Of a DNA stretch of 64,000 nucleotides, positions 34,275 to 47,009 are shown piece after piece. The stretch spans positions 207,576,001 to 207,640,000 of the forward strand of contig NC_091288.1 of assembly GCF_032444005.1 (NCBI RefSeq), given 5' to 3'. The position numbers were made by a program, and so were the translations under genes. The notes below the pieces were generated by a model, which was not told the origin of the DNA, ran no database searches, and saw nothing but the letters and a program-made list of their open reading frames with translations. The stretch is from Ranitomeya imitator (Eukaryota). Every line of letters starts with the position of its first letter. Within the stretch, counting starts at the first letter, position 1.

Positions 34275-35573
34275 CACTGGTCAACGCAATTTTTCTGGCA
34301 AAAGGTTTTAAAACATATTTTAAGTAAATTTTGGCTGCTGATTACGAATATGAACTCCGTTTTTGGCTATCACATCAGGATTATGAGATATTTTCAATTT
34401 TTGATGAAAATTACTCCTAATGTTTTTTGATAAAAACACAAGATTTTCGGTACTACATTTTGTATATTTTTAATCAAGGAATAACAAAGATTACAAAGTC
34501 TATGTGCAGCAAATCAAATATACTTACAGAATTAAACTACAAAATATAATAACACATATATATGGCGCACAGATGAATGACAAATGGCAGTTATGTGAAG
34601 TTTCTTTTCTTGGCTGATCTGTGATGTACGGCTTCTGGGTTGTCTCTCATCCAGCTCCAGCAATAGTCGCCATCATATGTGAGTCCCACCGGCCTTGATA
34701 CCGTTCTTCCATGTTTTTATGTCCTGATGAAAACGCTCCCCTTGTTCCTCGCTCACATCCCCAAGGTTCTCTGGAAGAAAGTCCAAATGTCTGTGTAAAT
34801 AATGAATCTTGATCCTCATTCTCCATCCAAGATTTCGCAGACTCGTTAGTAGCTCTTCCACAGTCTCTTCATATTTGTCGGCTTTCTTCTTCCCTAGAAA
34901 TTCTGCACCACATTACAAAATGTATTACAAGCTCTTTCTTCTGTCTCATTCATTGATGTGATAAAATTTGTGTCTCTCCTAAGTGTTCTTATTTGAGGTC
35001 CATCAAATATTCCAGCCTTTTTCTTCTCTTAACTAAGACCAGGAAAAGTTGAACATATATAGTTAACGGATTCTCCACTGTGATTGAGAGCTCTGACGAA
35101 CTGCTTCATCAATCCAAGTTTTATGTGTAAGGGAGGAAAGACAATGTCCTTCCTATCCACTAGAGGATCATGGATGACATTCTTATCGCCAGATGCCAAA
35201 CTCTGTTGCTGAGGCCATTCAGTTTTCACCCAATGCTCTGCTGTAGCTCTAATGTCCCAGTAGCACAGAAAACAAGGGTGTTATCAGAACAAACGGGAAT
35301 TATGCATGTTCAAAGAAAACAAAGATATTCTCACATTTATTGGGAGACTAAATGAAAACTAAATTTACCTTAGTGAACTGTATAAACCGGCATTTTTCAC
35401 ACACTACTTATATTTATCATGGAATTCATGAAAATGGGCTATATACAGTACCTATAGCGCAAAAACGTGATGTGATAGAGAAATTATAAGATCAGATTTG
35501 ATTTCAGCACCCTCAAATTAGTCTAAAACTGTTTTTAAAGTCCATGCCAGAATTTTTTTTTTGTAGACCAGTG
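34275..35573 (-). mobile_element. Internally deleted Chapaev3-like (CMC) DNA transposon with transposase remnants
   Basis: Termini CACTGGTC / GACCAGTG with 3-bp TAA on both sides (34272-34274, 35574-35576). Minus remnants PPLHIKLGLMKQFVRAL, KKAGIFDGPQIR and KIHYLHRHLDFLPENLGDVSEEQGERFHQDI. Confidence 0.75.
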
Positions 35574-35899
35574 TAATGGGTCTGGGAGAGAGCTGTCGGG
35601 GACTGATTCTTGCAGTGTGACGGCCATGATTTCCGCAGTGTGACGGCCATGATTTCCACAGTGTGACGACCATGTTTTGAATGGCTAATTGTCTTCAGAC
35701 AGTCTAATGTGAATGGGGGCCCCTGACAGATAAATGTCAGGGAAGGAAAGGATCTGGCATGTCCAATTCCTGACTGCTGATCCTTTACCCTACTGAAATC
35801 ATATTTCTCTATATGTCTTGTCAATCTCCTCAGAAATCTTTAACTTGGGGTCAATCACGATTCACCAACACCTACCTCTCATTTTAGGGAAATGTGAAA

Positions 35900-36590
35900 C
35901 CGCACTCTCGCACCCCTCCAATCTATTCTAAACTCAGCTGCCCGACTAATCCACCTGTCCCCCCGCTATTCCCCGGCCTCTCCCCTCTGTCAATCCCTTC
36001 ACTGGCTCCCCATTGCCCAGAGACTCCACTACAAAACCCTAACCATGACATACAAAGCCATCCACAACCTGTCTCCTCCATACATCTGTGACCTCATCTC
36101 CCGGTACTTACCTACACGCAACCTCCGATCCTCACAAGATCTCCTTCTCTACTCCCCTCTTATCTCCTCTTCCCACAATCGTATACAAGATTTCTCTCGC
36201 GTATCACCCCTACTCTGGAACCCTCTACCACAACACATCAGACTCTCGCCTACCATCGAAACCTTCAAAAAGAACCTGAAGACCCACCTCTTCCGACAAG
36301 CCTATAACCTGCAGTAACCACCGATCGACCAAACCGCTACACGACCAGCTCTACCCTCACCTACTGTATTCTCACCCATCCCTTGTAGATTGTGAGCCCT
36401 CGCGGGCAGGGTCCTCTCTCCTCCTGTATCCTCACCCATCCCTTGTAGACTGTGAGCCCTCGCGGGCAGGGTCCTCTCTCCTCCTGTACCAGTTGTGACT
36501 TGTATTGTTTAAGATTATTGTACCTGTTTTTATTATGTAAAGCGCCATGGAATAAATGGCACTATAACAATAAATAATAATAATAAGAAG
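35900..36590 (+). mobile_element. L2-clade LINE 3' fragment
   Basis: LQSILNSAARLI...LHWLPIAQRLHYKTLTMTYKAIHNLSPPYICDLI...RNLRS; 3' UTR with GATTGTGAGC (segment duplicated in tandem), TAAAGCGC and a (TAA)n tail. Confidence 0.88.
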
Positions 36591-36873
36591 AAGAAGAGGA
36601 GCTGGATATTGGACTGAACATCTCCCTTCTTTTCCTCATTTGGGTTTCTTCATCCATTATGATACAGGTGTCCTCTTTTACTATGTGTTTGATAAGGGTG
36701 AGATATTTGCTCTGGCACTGGTGAATAAAAGATCAAAAGACAAAAGGGATGGTGCATTTTGGCTTCCTGCAATTTCGGTTTCACAGGAGACCAGCCTTCC
36801 ACCCCCTCCTTTGTAGTCTATGAATTCCAGGGCTACAGAGGTGAAAAGCTCAGTGTCTCTGCAGATGAGAAAT

Positions 36874-39800
36874 ATGAGCCGGTATCCCGTAGAAGCCAAG
36901 GCTATAGGACTGGTGCAGCATGAGAAACAGAAGGTAAGCTTCCATCGCTGAGATTTCTCATAATATTCCCCCTTGAGTTTAGGAAGAAAACGAAACACAA
37001 TGCGGCAAGGCTAATCAGATAAACCACTGTAACTTTTATATAAGAAGGGTCCTCCTAAGATTAGATGATCACAGAGAATCCCATTAATTGGACCCAGTGA
37101 TAAGCTGTGGGGAACCCCGGTAGCAGGTGTTTCATTTTTCTGCAGTGCCCCCGCAGTGTAAATGTAGTATTACACAGTTGTGCACAATGCCTGGATGCGC
37201 TGGATCCTCCAGAACACAGATGAAAATGATGGGTAAAGCCGCATTCAGACATCGGTGATTTTTATCTTATGTAAAAAAAAAAATGATCTTATATAAAAAT
37301 ATGGACAATTGTTCACTTGTGTTTTAAATCCGAAATCAGATTTCATCATCAATGATTTTCCGGTATAAAAAATAAATGACAAAGCTTCTATACATTACAC
37401 GTTAATCACGGATATTGTACACTGATGCATGTGCTGTCATTGTCACGGCCCCATAGACATGTATGGGTAATTTCGATCCTTGATTTGGATCACAAATGAA
37501 CATATCTCTTTTTTTTGCACACACACGATCTGCCAAAAATCCCATAAAGCCCCATAGACTATAATGGGTATATATTTTACTGTGGAAAAAAATTGAGGTC
37601 TGAGTAGGGCCTAAAGTTTGATATTGTCATTTATGCTATTCTTTGTGTTCTTGCAGCTCTTCATGTTCTCCATCCTCTGGTCGGACTCTAATAATATTCT
37701 CGTGTACAGGACGTATGATGTCTTCAAGGAGCTTGCAGTAAGGTCTTTTCGTTTTAATTTAGTTCTAAATACAGGAGACTCAAACATATGAGTGAAGTTA
37801 TAGATAGGAAGCAGCTATAAATCCTCCAATAATGACCATCATGGAATCCCCATAATAAGTACAGAGCCCCCAAAATAACAGCCACAGACTTCCAATAATA
37901 ACAACCGCAGTGCCCCATAATGATAAGTACTGAGTCCATAACAACCGCAGTGCCCCAAAATAATAAGCACAGTGCCCAATAATATGAAGTACGAAGTCCC
38001 ATTATGACAGTCCTAAATCCACGGTTTACTAAGGGTATGTGCACACGTTGCATTTTTTATGTGTTTTTGTTAAGGGAAAAATAACAGCGTTTAACAGTAG
38101 GACTACTGGTATAGTCATTTTGACTACTTACTTGCAGTAGTTCTAGTCAGGGTTCACGAGGGAATGATAAATGCAGGGACAAGAGACTTTTTGTTTCTAC
38201 ATAGACCAGAGAAAGGAGAAGAATGAACTGGGCAGAAAGGCAAAATGTGCAGTTGTAAGTACACTGCTATATAATATGATTGCAATATATTAAGAGGATA
38301 AAAACTTGATGGGAGAGCTCCTTTAAGGAACTACTGTCGAGGGAGGATCTGAAGTGACCCTTCACGGTTGACTTAGTCATTTCCAAATTGATGCACAGAG
38401 CATTGGCGGCAACTGAAAATGACCAGACGGAGACGTGTGTCTCTGTTTGGGGGAATCAAGCGGATCTCTGACCCCCGTTTATTGTGTCGCACTTTTCATA
38501 ATCTTAGAAGTTATACTTCAACCAATCAGCATAAGAACACGCTCACAGTTCTTAACCTATAAGAATGCAGGAACAGCCTGTACATCAAGTCCTAGTGTTA
38601 ACAGTACCAGCAAAGTGAATGAGATTTCGGAATAACTTGCTGATGCTTTTTATCTTTTCCTTGCAGATTTGAAGCAGATTTGCTGCATGTCATCTCTTTA
38701 ATATTTATGCAACATTTTGCACCCATTAAAATGTGTAGAGGAAAAAAAATGTATGAAAGACGCACGTATATGACGCAGAATTTTCCCTGCCAACACTCCC
38801 TAATTTGTGGCAGTAAAACTACTGCAAATACTGAATGTGTGAACATGCCCTAATAATAAGCAGGGTCCCCATAGTAAGAGGTTATGGCAGCCACATTGCC
38901 TTCACATGAGTAATAAAAACAGCACCAGACTGTCATCAATAACAGTAATCTTATCTCAGAAGACGACTCTTGCAGCCCCCAGTAATTACTGACTCTAGTA
39001 AGTATAACCCTCATCATCTACTTTGATCATCTAGAAATCACTTACCAGGAAGTTTCCGCTGGAGGCCGGCGTGGTGAACAAATCAGAGAGAATTCTTCCC
39101 ATACTCAGGGGTAAGTGAGGCATCGACTCCATGCAGACGACATCTGAGACGTAAGTGATCCGTGAAATTACATAGGACTGCGATGAATGGGACAATGCTA
39201 ACATCACATTTAGCTGTTTATTTTTGGTGATTTTTTTGCCTGTTTTTCATTTGCGCCTTATTCTCCTTTTACAATTTTTTTTCTTTTTTTAAGTCTGTTT
39301 TATGTGTGCTCTCCTGTTGTTGTTGTTGTTGTTACTGGTTTTTTTTAGGTTCATCATAGTCAAGAAAGCTTTGGGTTTGCAGAATTTTATAGCCGATTCA
39401 TCATTGCAACTTTTTAAAAAGTCACAACATTTTTATACAAATGTCATCCAGCCTTATTCGCTGGAGTGAATTTATCTTCATCTGACATTTTTTGCAACGT
39501 TTCGGCGAAACATACGACATTTTGGGCTTATATAATCCCAAAACCGGTTAAAGACAAAAATAAATCGTTTTTTTTTTTTCATGAATCATGGACCTTTTGG
39601 AAGAATTTGGGGAGAAAAAAACCTTAACAAATAATCTAAGAGAAAATAAAAATAAATATGACTTCTTTAACCCACTCTCGCCCCCCCACAACTGATCTTA
39701 TTATACAGCTCTGTGTACTTACAATTGCTCATTTTGCCTTTCTACCCAGTTAATTTTTCTCTTTTCCATTAGGTGTATGATATCACGTGATTAAAATCTG

Positions 39801-42800
39801 ACTAGATGCATTCTTCTAAGCTCTGTTTAGAATTGACCAATTTTCCCATCATGAGTCATTGCAAAAGTCACTGCAGGGGGAGGAGCTGAGCAGCTGTGTC
39901 AGGAGTTGAAGAGGGGAATGATAAATGCAGGGACAAGAGACGTTCTGTTTCTACATAGACCAGAGAAAGGAGAAGAATGAACTGGGCAGAAAGGCAAAAT
40001 GTGCAGTTGTAAGTACACTGCTATATAATATGATTGCAATATATTAAGAGAATAAAAACTTGATGGGAGAGCTCCTTTAAGGAACTACTGTCGAGGGAGG
40101 ATCTGAAGTGACCCTTCACGGTTAACTTAGTCATTTCCAAATTGATGCACAGAGCATTGGCGGCAACTGAAAATGACCAGACGGAGACGTGTGTCTCTGT
40201 TTGGGGGGATCGAGCAGATCTCTGACCCCCGTTTATTGTGTCGCACTTTTCATAATCTTAGAAGTTATACTTCAACCAATCAACATAAGAACACGCTCAC
40301 AGTTCTTTACCTATAAGAATGCAGGAATAGCCTGTACATCAAGGTCCCGTAGAGCAATACACCCTCAGTGTCATATCTTGTTTAGGCTGGAATAATCAAG
40401 GGCTCATAACAACTATGAACTTTAACCTAGTAACAAAATTTATTTCAAAACAGCAAGATGGAGTCAAAAAGCACAAAATGAAACCTGCTTTAATTTTTCT
40501 TAGTTTAACCCTTCACACTACAAGTCCTTGCATAATGCTCAAATAAATACACACTACATTGTCGATGTCTGTCTCTAACAGCAGCAAGCTGAGCTGAGCT
40601 CTGTGCGCTGCTGTTAACCATTTATGTGATGCTGTCAATCTCGGACAGCGGCATTTAAATGGATGAGATTCCAGTACACTCGCACCCCAGCTCGCATCAC
40701 CCCGTACCTGCGAATCAAATGCAGAACACCGATAAATTAGCATTGGACCCTTTGAACTGTTGAAGGCCACCATTGCTGACCGCATAGTTTTCCTGTTTTC
40801 ATAAAAGAATTTCACAATATACTTTAATATTGATATATTGCAGTAAATAATGATCAGGCGGTCGCTAGTTCAAGTCCCCAAAGGGTAGTATAAAAAAAAA
40901 AAAAAATTAAATATATGTATTTAAAAAATGTAAAAATTTGAATCATCCGTCCCTCCTTTTTTTCATTAGAAATTAAAAAAAATTTTTTTTTAAATCACTG
41001 AGTCTGTAAACATCCGGTACATCAACATAAAAAAATTAATGAAACCATATGGAAAACTTCAACAAGAGAAAAGAAAATCAAAACACCAGAATTGCCCTAA
41101 ACATATACAATACAGAGCAACCTCCAATGTACACCAAAGTGATATCAAGGAAAACGTCAGCTCGCAGTGCAAAAAACAAGCCCTCACACAGCTCAGTAGA
41201 CAGGAAAATAAAAAAAACATTATGGGGGTCTCTGAAAATGGCAATATGAACCAAAATTTATTATTATTTTTGTTTAAACTTCTGATTTTTTTTTTTATTA
41301 AATAAAAACAATCTATACAATTTTGGTATCACCGTAATCATACAGACCTGGAGAATAGGGGGGAAAATTTAAAAAATCCTTCTCGTGAAAGTGTTAAAGA
41401 ACTCGTTTGCCCCTGAGCAGATACCAAATGAATGAGTAAAGAACTTCATTTTCCTTTCAGGTTAGTGGAACAATGGGAAACCTACTTTTTGTTATTTAAC
41501 ATGGAGTTCGTATAACAATGAACATTTTCTTCTAACTATTATGTAAATGTTAGATTTTCCTTTTACAAGGAACAGGAAATATTTTAAAGTCACTGTTTTA
41601 TATGCAGAATTTACTTATAAGAGCCAATCTACTGATAAGATCTTTGAACAAGACCTTACGATGCAGTTTATTGCTCACATTAGAAATATATAGACAGGTC
41701 TGTCTGTTCATCCCGCAACTGATAAGCTAAAGTTATAAAGCGTGTGACATTTTATGGGAAGTGGTTTTTATATAGAGTCACACCCTTCTATAGAAACAAA
41801 ATAAATTCTGGAACTTTTTAGAACAATCAAAAGATAAGCACTAAGTAAGTGACACTCTGAGGATGTCAGTACGGTTGAGGTTCCGGAATATTGAGCCACC
41901 AGCACTTCAAGGACTGGAATAACAACAGAACATCGTAATATGGGATCTAGAATCAGCCATGGGTTATGGAAATATTCTGTGGATCAGGGGCTACACTACA
42001 CGCTATAACGTAGAGTTGTACAACAATGGTACACTAATACTTAATCTCTTTATAATAATCTCTTTATTTATATAGAGCTAACATATTCTGCAGCGCTTTT
42101 CACTTTTGCACACATTATCATCACTGGCCCCGATGGAGCTCACAATCTAAATTCCCTATCAGTATGTCTTTGGAATGTGGGAGGAAACTGGAGAACCTGG
42201 AGGAAACTCACGCAAACACGGGGAAAACATACAAACTCCTTGCAGGGGGTCCTGTGTTTGGACATAGGACCCCAGCGCTGCAGTGCTAACCACGGAGCCA
42301 CCATTCTTCTAATATGTTCAGTACTGGCATTCAAATACATAGGGTTAGTCACAATTACTGTTGGGATTGGTCAACAATGGACCAATACTTGAGGGTGGTC
42401 CACATTGGAACGCTAATATATGGAACTAGTAAACTTTGACACATTATTATTTGAGTTCTGTCAAAATGAGCTTTCTGATATTTGGGGATGGTCAACATTG
42501 ACACTTCAGTACTGGAGATTGGTCAACATTGGCACACTAATACTTGGAATTAGTCAACATTTGCATGCCAATATTCAGGTTGGTCAACATTAGACCAAAA
42601 CTTGGGGATGGTCAACATTGACGCTCCAATACTTGAGGTTGGTTAACTTTGGCACACTAATATTTGGAATTAGTCACAATTGGTGCACCAATATTTGAGA
42701 TTGGTCAACATTGGCACAATAATACTTGGAACTGGTCAAACTTGGCCCTCCAATACTTGGGGATGCTTAACAATCAATTTCCAATACTTGAAATTGGGCA

Positions 42801-45800
42801 ACATTGGCATTCCAATACATGTGGATTGTTCACATTGGAAGTCCAATACTTTAGTTTAGTCAATGTTGGCACACTAACACTCGACATTAGTCATTAATGT
42901 CTGACTAATACTTGACAATGGTCAATATTTATACTCCAATACTTGGAGATAGTCAGCACCAGCTCACTATTTCTTGAGGTTGGTCATATCTGCACACTAA
43001 TACTTGGAACTGGTCAAAATGTACACACTAAATCTTAGAATTGGCCAACAATGACATTCCTATTCTTGTACTTGTCTACATTGTAACAACAATTCTTGAG
43101 GTTGGTCAATATCAACACACTATTACTTGATGTTGGTTAACACTGGCATATTAAAATTTGAAATTGGTCAACATTGGCACTCTATTACTTGAGGTTGGTT
43201 GACATTAGCACACTATTACTTGGAATTAGTTAACACTAACACACTTGCTTTTTAAGCTGTAGTTGCATCAGGTCTCTGGCCTCTAAAAGTTGTATTTCTT
43301 TAAAAGTAATATGAAAGCATTTAGCTTTGACAGAGTAATGCATAAATTGCAACCTTGGTGCACCTGCCTTACAACCATTGTGACTCAGGTTACCCACCTG
43401 ACCAATTCCAGTCACATGGGCAGTCACTGTATTGCATAATGTCTTTTTTTACTCTTACAGATGCCCCATTGTTGTTCCGCAGTAAATTTACTAATCGATA
43501 CTTGGAGAGACTCCGACTTTTAGAAATTTATTCCAAGGAACTTCTTCAAATTGACTCCAAGATCTCCCAGTGTGAAGAAGTTATTGAATTTTTCACTCCT
43601 AAGAAGCAGGACCTCACTCCATCCTTTCCTGAAAACAGGTCTGTATAGTAGATGTTCTATCTAGAGATCATGGACAGACACATCACCATCATCAACAATC
43701 ATGGAAACATCCTTGAATTTCATCTTTAGTTTTTATTAGCATGAAAAGCACCTAAATCGTGATTGTCTTCTAATTTCAGTGTCGTGATAATGCCATCAGA
43801 CAATGACCAAAATCAAAAAGAGGTAACATGTCCACCCAGGTCAACACAACTCAGCACCACACAGCCAATTGTATCTGAATCCTACATCTGTATTGATAAC
43901 TTTGAGACCAAAGATACCAAGAACAGACCTTTCAAAGTCCAGAAGAATCAATGCATTGATGTCCTGATAAGAGATCCTTGTGGTAGGTTCTTGATTTGAT
44001 TTGTGATAGGAAAAGAGTCACCACCCAGTAAATCTAAAAACTAGATATCTGTTTCTTTCTTCTAGGCTGGTGGTTGGTTGAGAATGAAGACAAACAAGTG
44101 TCCTGGTTTCCAGCTCCTTTTCTGAAAAAGTCTGATTCTTTAGATGATACTGATTCAAAGAGGACATCATTCAGGAAAGGTTGGTGAAGAGGACAACCTT
44201 CATAGCTACAACTGGGGCAATTCCATCAAAGTATTCTGAAAAATCATACAGAAATGTACAACATTGGAGGCTTTTGACCTTTGTTCCCTCTAAAGGCTCC
44301 AAATACAAATTAGACTAACGTTCTCCAATCTGCCGATAGCTCACTGTCAGATGACGTTGGTGGAGAGAAGGATCTGGGATGTCTGGCAGCATCTTTCAAA
44401 GATAGCACAGGAGCGTTGAGCCGAGACGAATGTTCCTGTATTTGGGAATCAGGAGAGTTAGCAGCTGGCTGAACGATTAGTCAAACCATCATTTAGCCAA
44501 CAGCTATCTATTATGTATGGGGAGCTTGTGCATTTCTGGCTATGGTTAAGGTCCTCATGTACATTAGACTAATGTCAACTGAGCCCACTGATATCAAGGG
44601 GTTTGGCCGAGTGTCTAATGAAGGCTACAGTCAACTGATGGTCTGGAGAGATATCGATTGTGCGTGTCCGATTTCAGACTGCCAGTCAAATTGTTCTACG
44701 TGAGATAAACCGCCTGGCTGACGTGTTTGCTGGTGGTTTTCTCAGAGAGAACAAAGTAACACACAGCCAAGTGCTCCTGTGTATGGGAATGTCAGCTGAT
44801 ATGGCTGAACGATCAGCCGAAACATAGTTCGACCAACAGCCATCTAATGATATCTCTAAGCCAGGTGATACAGAACTTATAGAAATATTAACTTAAATCG
44901 CCCTTGCAATTTGCCATACAGCAGAAAGATTCTCCAGGCCCCTCAGTATCCATGTAATTATTATTGCAGAGCATCCTGATCTAGAACAGTGACACTGGTG
45001 GCAATTCATCAAAGCTTTTTCACTTGATTGCTGGCCAAAAAAAAAAGGCATAGAAAAGTCGCATTGTTTTGTGCAACCGTGACTTTTGACTCACAGCAAT
45101 CTCACAACAGCGTCGACAAAGTTGGTGGAGCTGGAGCGTAACGACCGCAGCTCGTAAACGACCATAACGACCGCAGCTCGTAACGACCGCAGCTCGTAAA
45201 CGACCGCAGCATAACGACCGCAGCTCGTAAAATTCATGACGAGTGGCGGCTTTCACTATGCGACCTATCATACTCCAGCAGGAGATGGAGTAAGATTTCT
45301 GGTGAGGTGCACATAGTGTCGCACGCCGCTACACGGCCCGCCTGATTGATTAAGAAGTGTAACATTCTTCGTGAATCAGGGACATCTGCTCCAAAACGCC
45401 CCTCATGGAGAGAATCACTGAACTGAACGATTCTGTATGCATCCCTGGTGGTCCAGGGAAGTGAATAGGTTAATTTCTGTATTTAATGTGGTCTAAAGCA
45501 GTAGAAAGGTTATTTTCTCAGTCTTGGTCAGCGAAAGGTTTGTTTTCAAGCTCTTGGCTCTCTTGAGTGAAGAGACTTTTGTGTTCTATCTATGTTTTCC
45601 TAAAAAGTCTCATCCTCCCTGAAGCCTCGTTAATAGAAATCCTTTTTTCTTTCAGTAATGCAGATGATCAGATTTCCTTTTTTCCAGGAACATATTACTA
45701 CGCAGAGAAAGGCTACGAAGCTCAGAAAACAGATGAAATGTCCCTTCCGGTTGGCGTTGTGGTAGAAGTGATTGAGAAATCTGAAATTGGATGGTGGCTT

Positions 45801-46979
45801 ATTTGGTAAGAGGGTTACGGTATTTTTTTTTTTTCTTTGCGTCTAATGAGAAGTGGAGAGTAAAGTGCCACTTTCTTGCCAAGTGAGCACAGTCCTGTAG
45901 ATTGGATCTAAATGGTATTAGCCCCATTCAAGTAAATGCCAGACACAACCTATGGAGTAGAGTGGAGAAAGTAGCCATATTTTTCCAATCCCATAAGCCC
46001 TAGTCTTCCAGTCTTGACCATGAGATGTGCCTCGAAATAACTTAAATAAGGATGAGTTATAATATCTGACAAGCTGGCGGACAGATAGATGCTAAAGCAG
46101 TTGGCATGGGGCTAAATATGGGACTAGAATCCAATCTTCATCTAGAAAAATTCTCATGGCGGCATTGAAAGCATCCCAAAATTGCTGCTTCGGTAAATTC
46201 CTGCGGTCAGGGCTGGTAGAGAATCTGCAATATGGGTAGAAAAGCAGTGTTCAGGGCAGGTGACAATCAAAAAGCACAGAAAAGAAGGAGCTCTTGGAAC
46301 CAAGTAAATGGAGAAGAAGTCCGATTGTCAGTCTGAATTTACATCATATACTATGCGCTCATAATAGTCTCCTTTTTCTTTTAGTTACAATGGAAGATTT
46401 GGGTATGCCCCATCCATGTGCCTCAAGCCTTATCAAAACCCACACCAGAAACTACAAGTGACCCTACATAATAATGTGTCAGGGTCTTCTCCCAATCTCG
46501 CTGAGGTCGTGAGCAGTCTAGATACAGGCTCCAACCCCCAACATATTAATAATGAGGATCGGGGCCGTAAGGGTAAACTAGTAAGGATGCAATCAATATC
46601 ACTAAACGACCTCGAAAATTTATCAGATCCTTCTGACCAGTCATTTGTCACGTCAAGAAGAAAAAGAAATGTATATGCGGATTGGGAGGTTCAAGACGCC
46701 AAGGAAGGTGCATCTTCTTCTTTCACAGAGAAGCTAAGATCCATCCAGACAGTGGTCTCCATTCATGACTGGAAGGATAATATGGAGATGGGCAACTATA
46801 TGGAGGAAAAACAGCGGAAAGATTCTGGATTTGTGGAACATCTGTCACCAAAGACATCAATCTCTTTAGATGATGCTGACACCACAGCCCCACCTGTGCC
46901 AGAAAGACCTACAATGCAGGAGATCCAGTCTAGATGTACCAGCACAACCAAGAAAGCTGCTCTACAGGGGAGTGGATGA
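36874..46979 (+). CDS. NOXO1: NADPH oxidase organizer 1-like, paralog B (474 aa; alternative in-frame ATG at 36865). Exons 36874-36933, 37657-37737, 39035-39110, 43461-43638, 43780-43982, 44066-44179, 45688-45805, 46385-46979
   Basis: GT-AG introns with the same phases as paralog A and an open 1425-nt [20 protein letters not shown]...[49 protein letters not shown] and PPVPERP...RCTSTTK. Confidence 0.92.
38161..38589 (+). repeat. About 430-bp local direct duplication, copy 1
   Basis: Matches 39915-40343 at offset 1754 with scattered substitutions. Confidence 0.9.
39915..40343 (+). repeat. About 430-bp local direct duplication, copy 2
   Basis: Matches 38161-38589. Confidence 0.9.
42050..42303 (-). 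mobile_element. Degenerate V-SINE copy
   Basis: Alignable by eye with 16135-16424; B box eroded. Confidence 0.75.
42330..43240. repeat. Degenerate minisatellite (about 30-40 bp units) in intron 3 of NOXO1-B
   Basis: Recurring TTGGTCAACATTGGCACACTAATACTTG(G/A) variants. Confidence 0.8.
45136..45230. repeat. Short tandem repeat of AACGACCGCAGCTCGT, about 5 copies
   Basis: Direct reading. Confidence 0.8.
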
Positions 46980-47009
46980 ATCCATGCTAAGAACTGTAAA
47001 TAAAAAAAA

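Noticed and set aside
21472-46979. Alternative assignment as NCF1 (p47phox) or SH3PXD2 (Tks4/5)
   Set aside because: The eight-exon layout, only two SH3 domains, and the [17 protein letters not shown] motif fit NOXO1 better.
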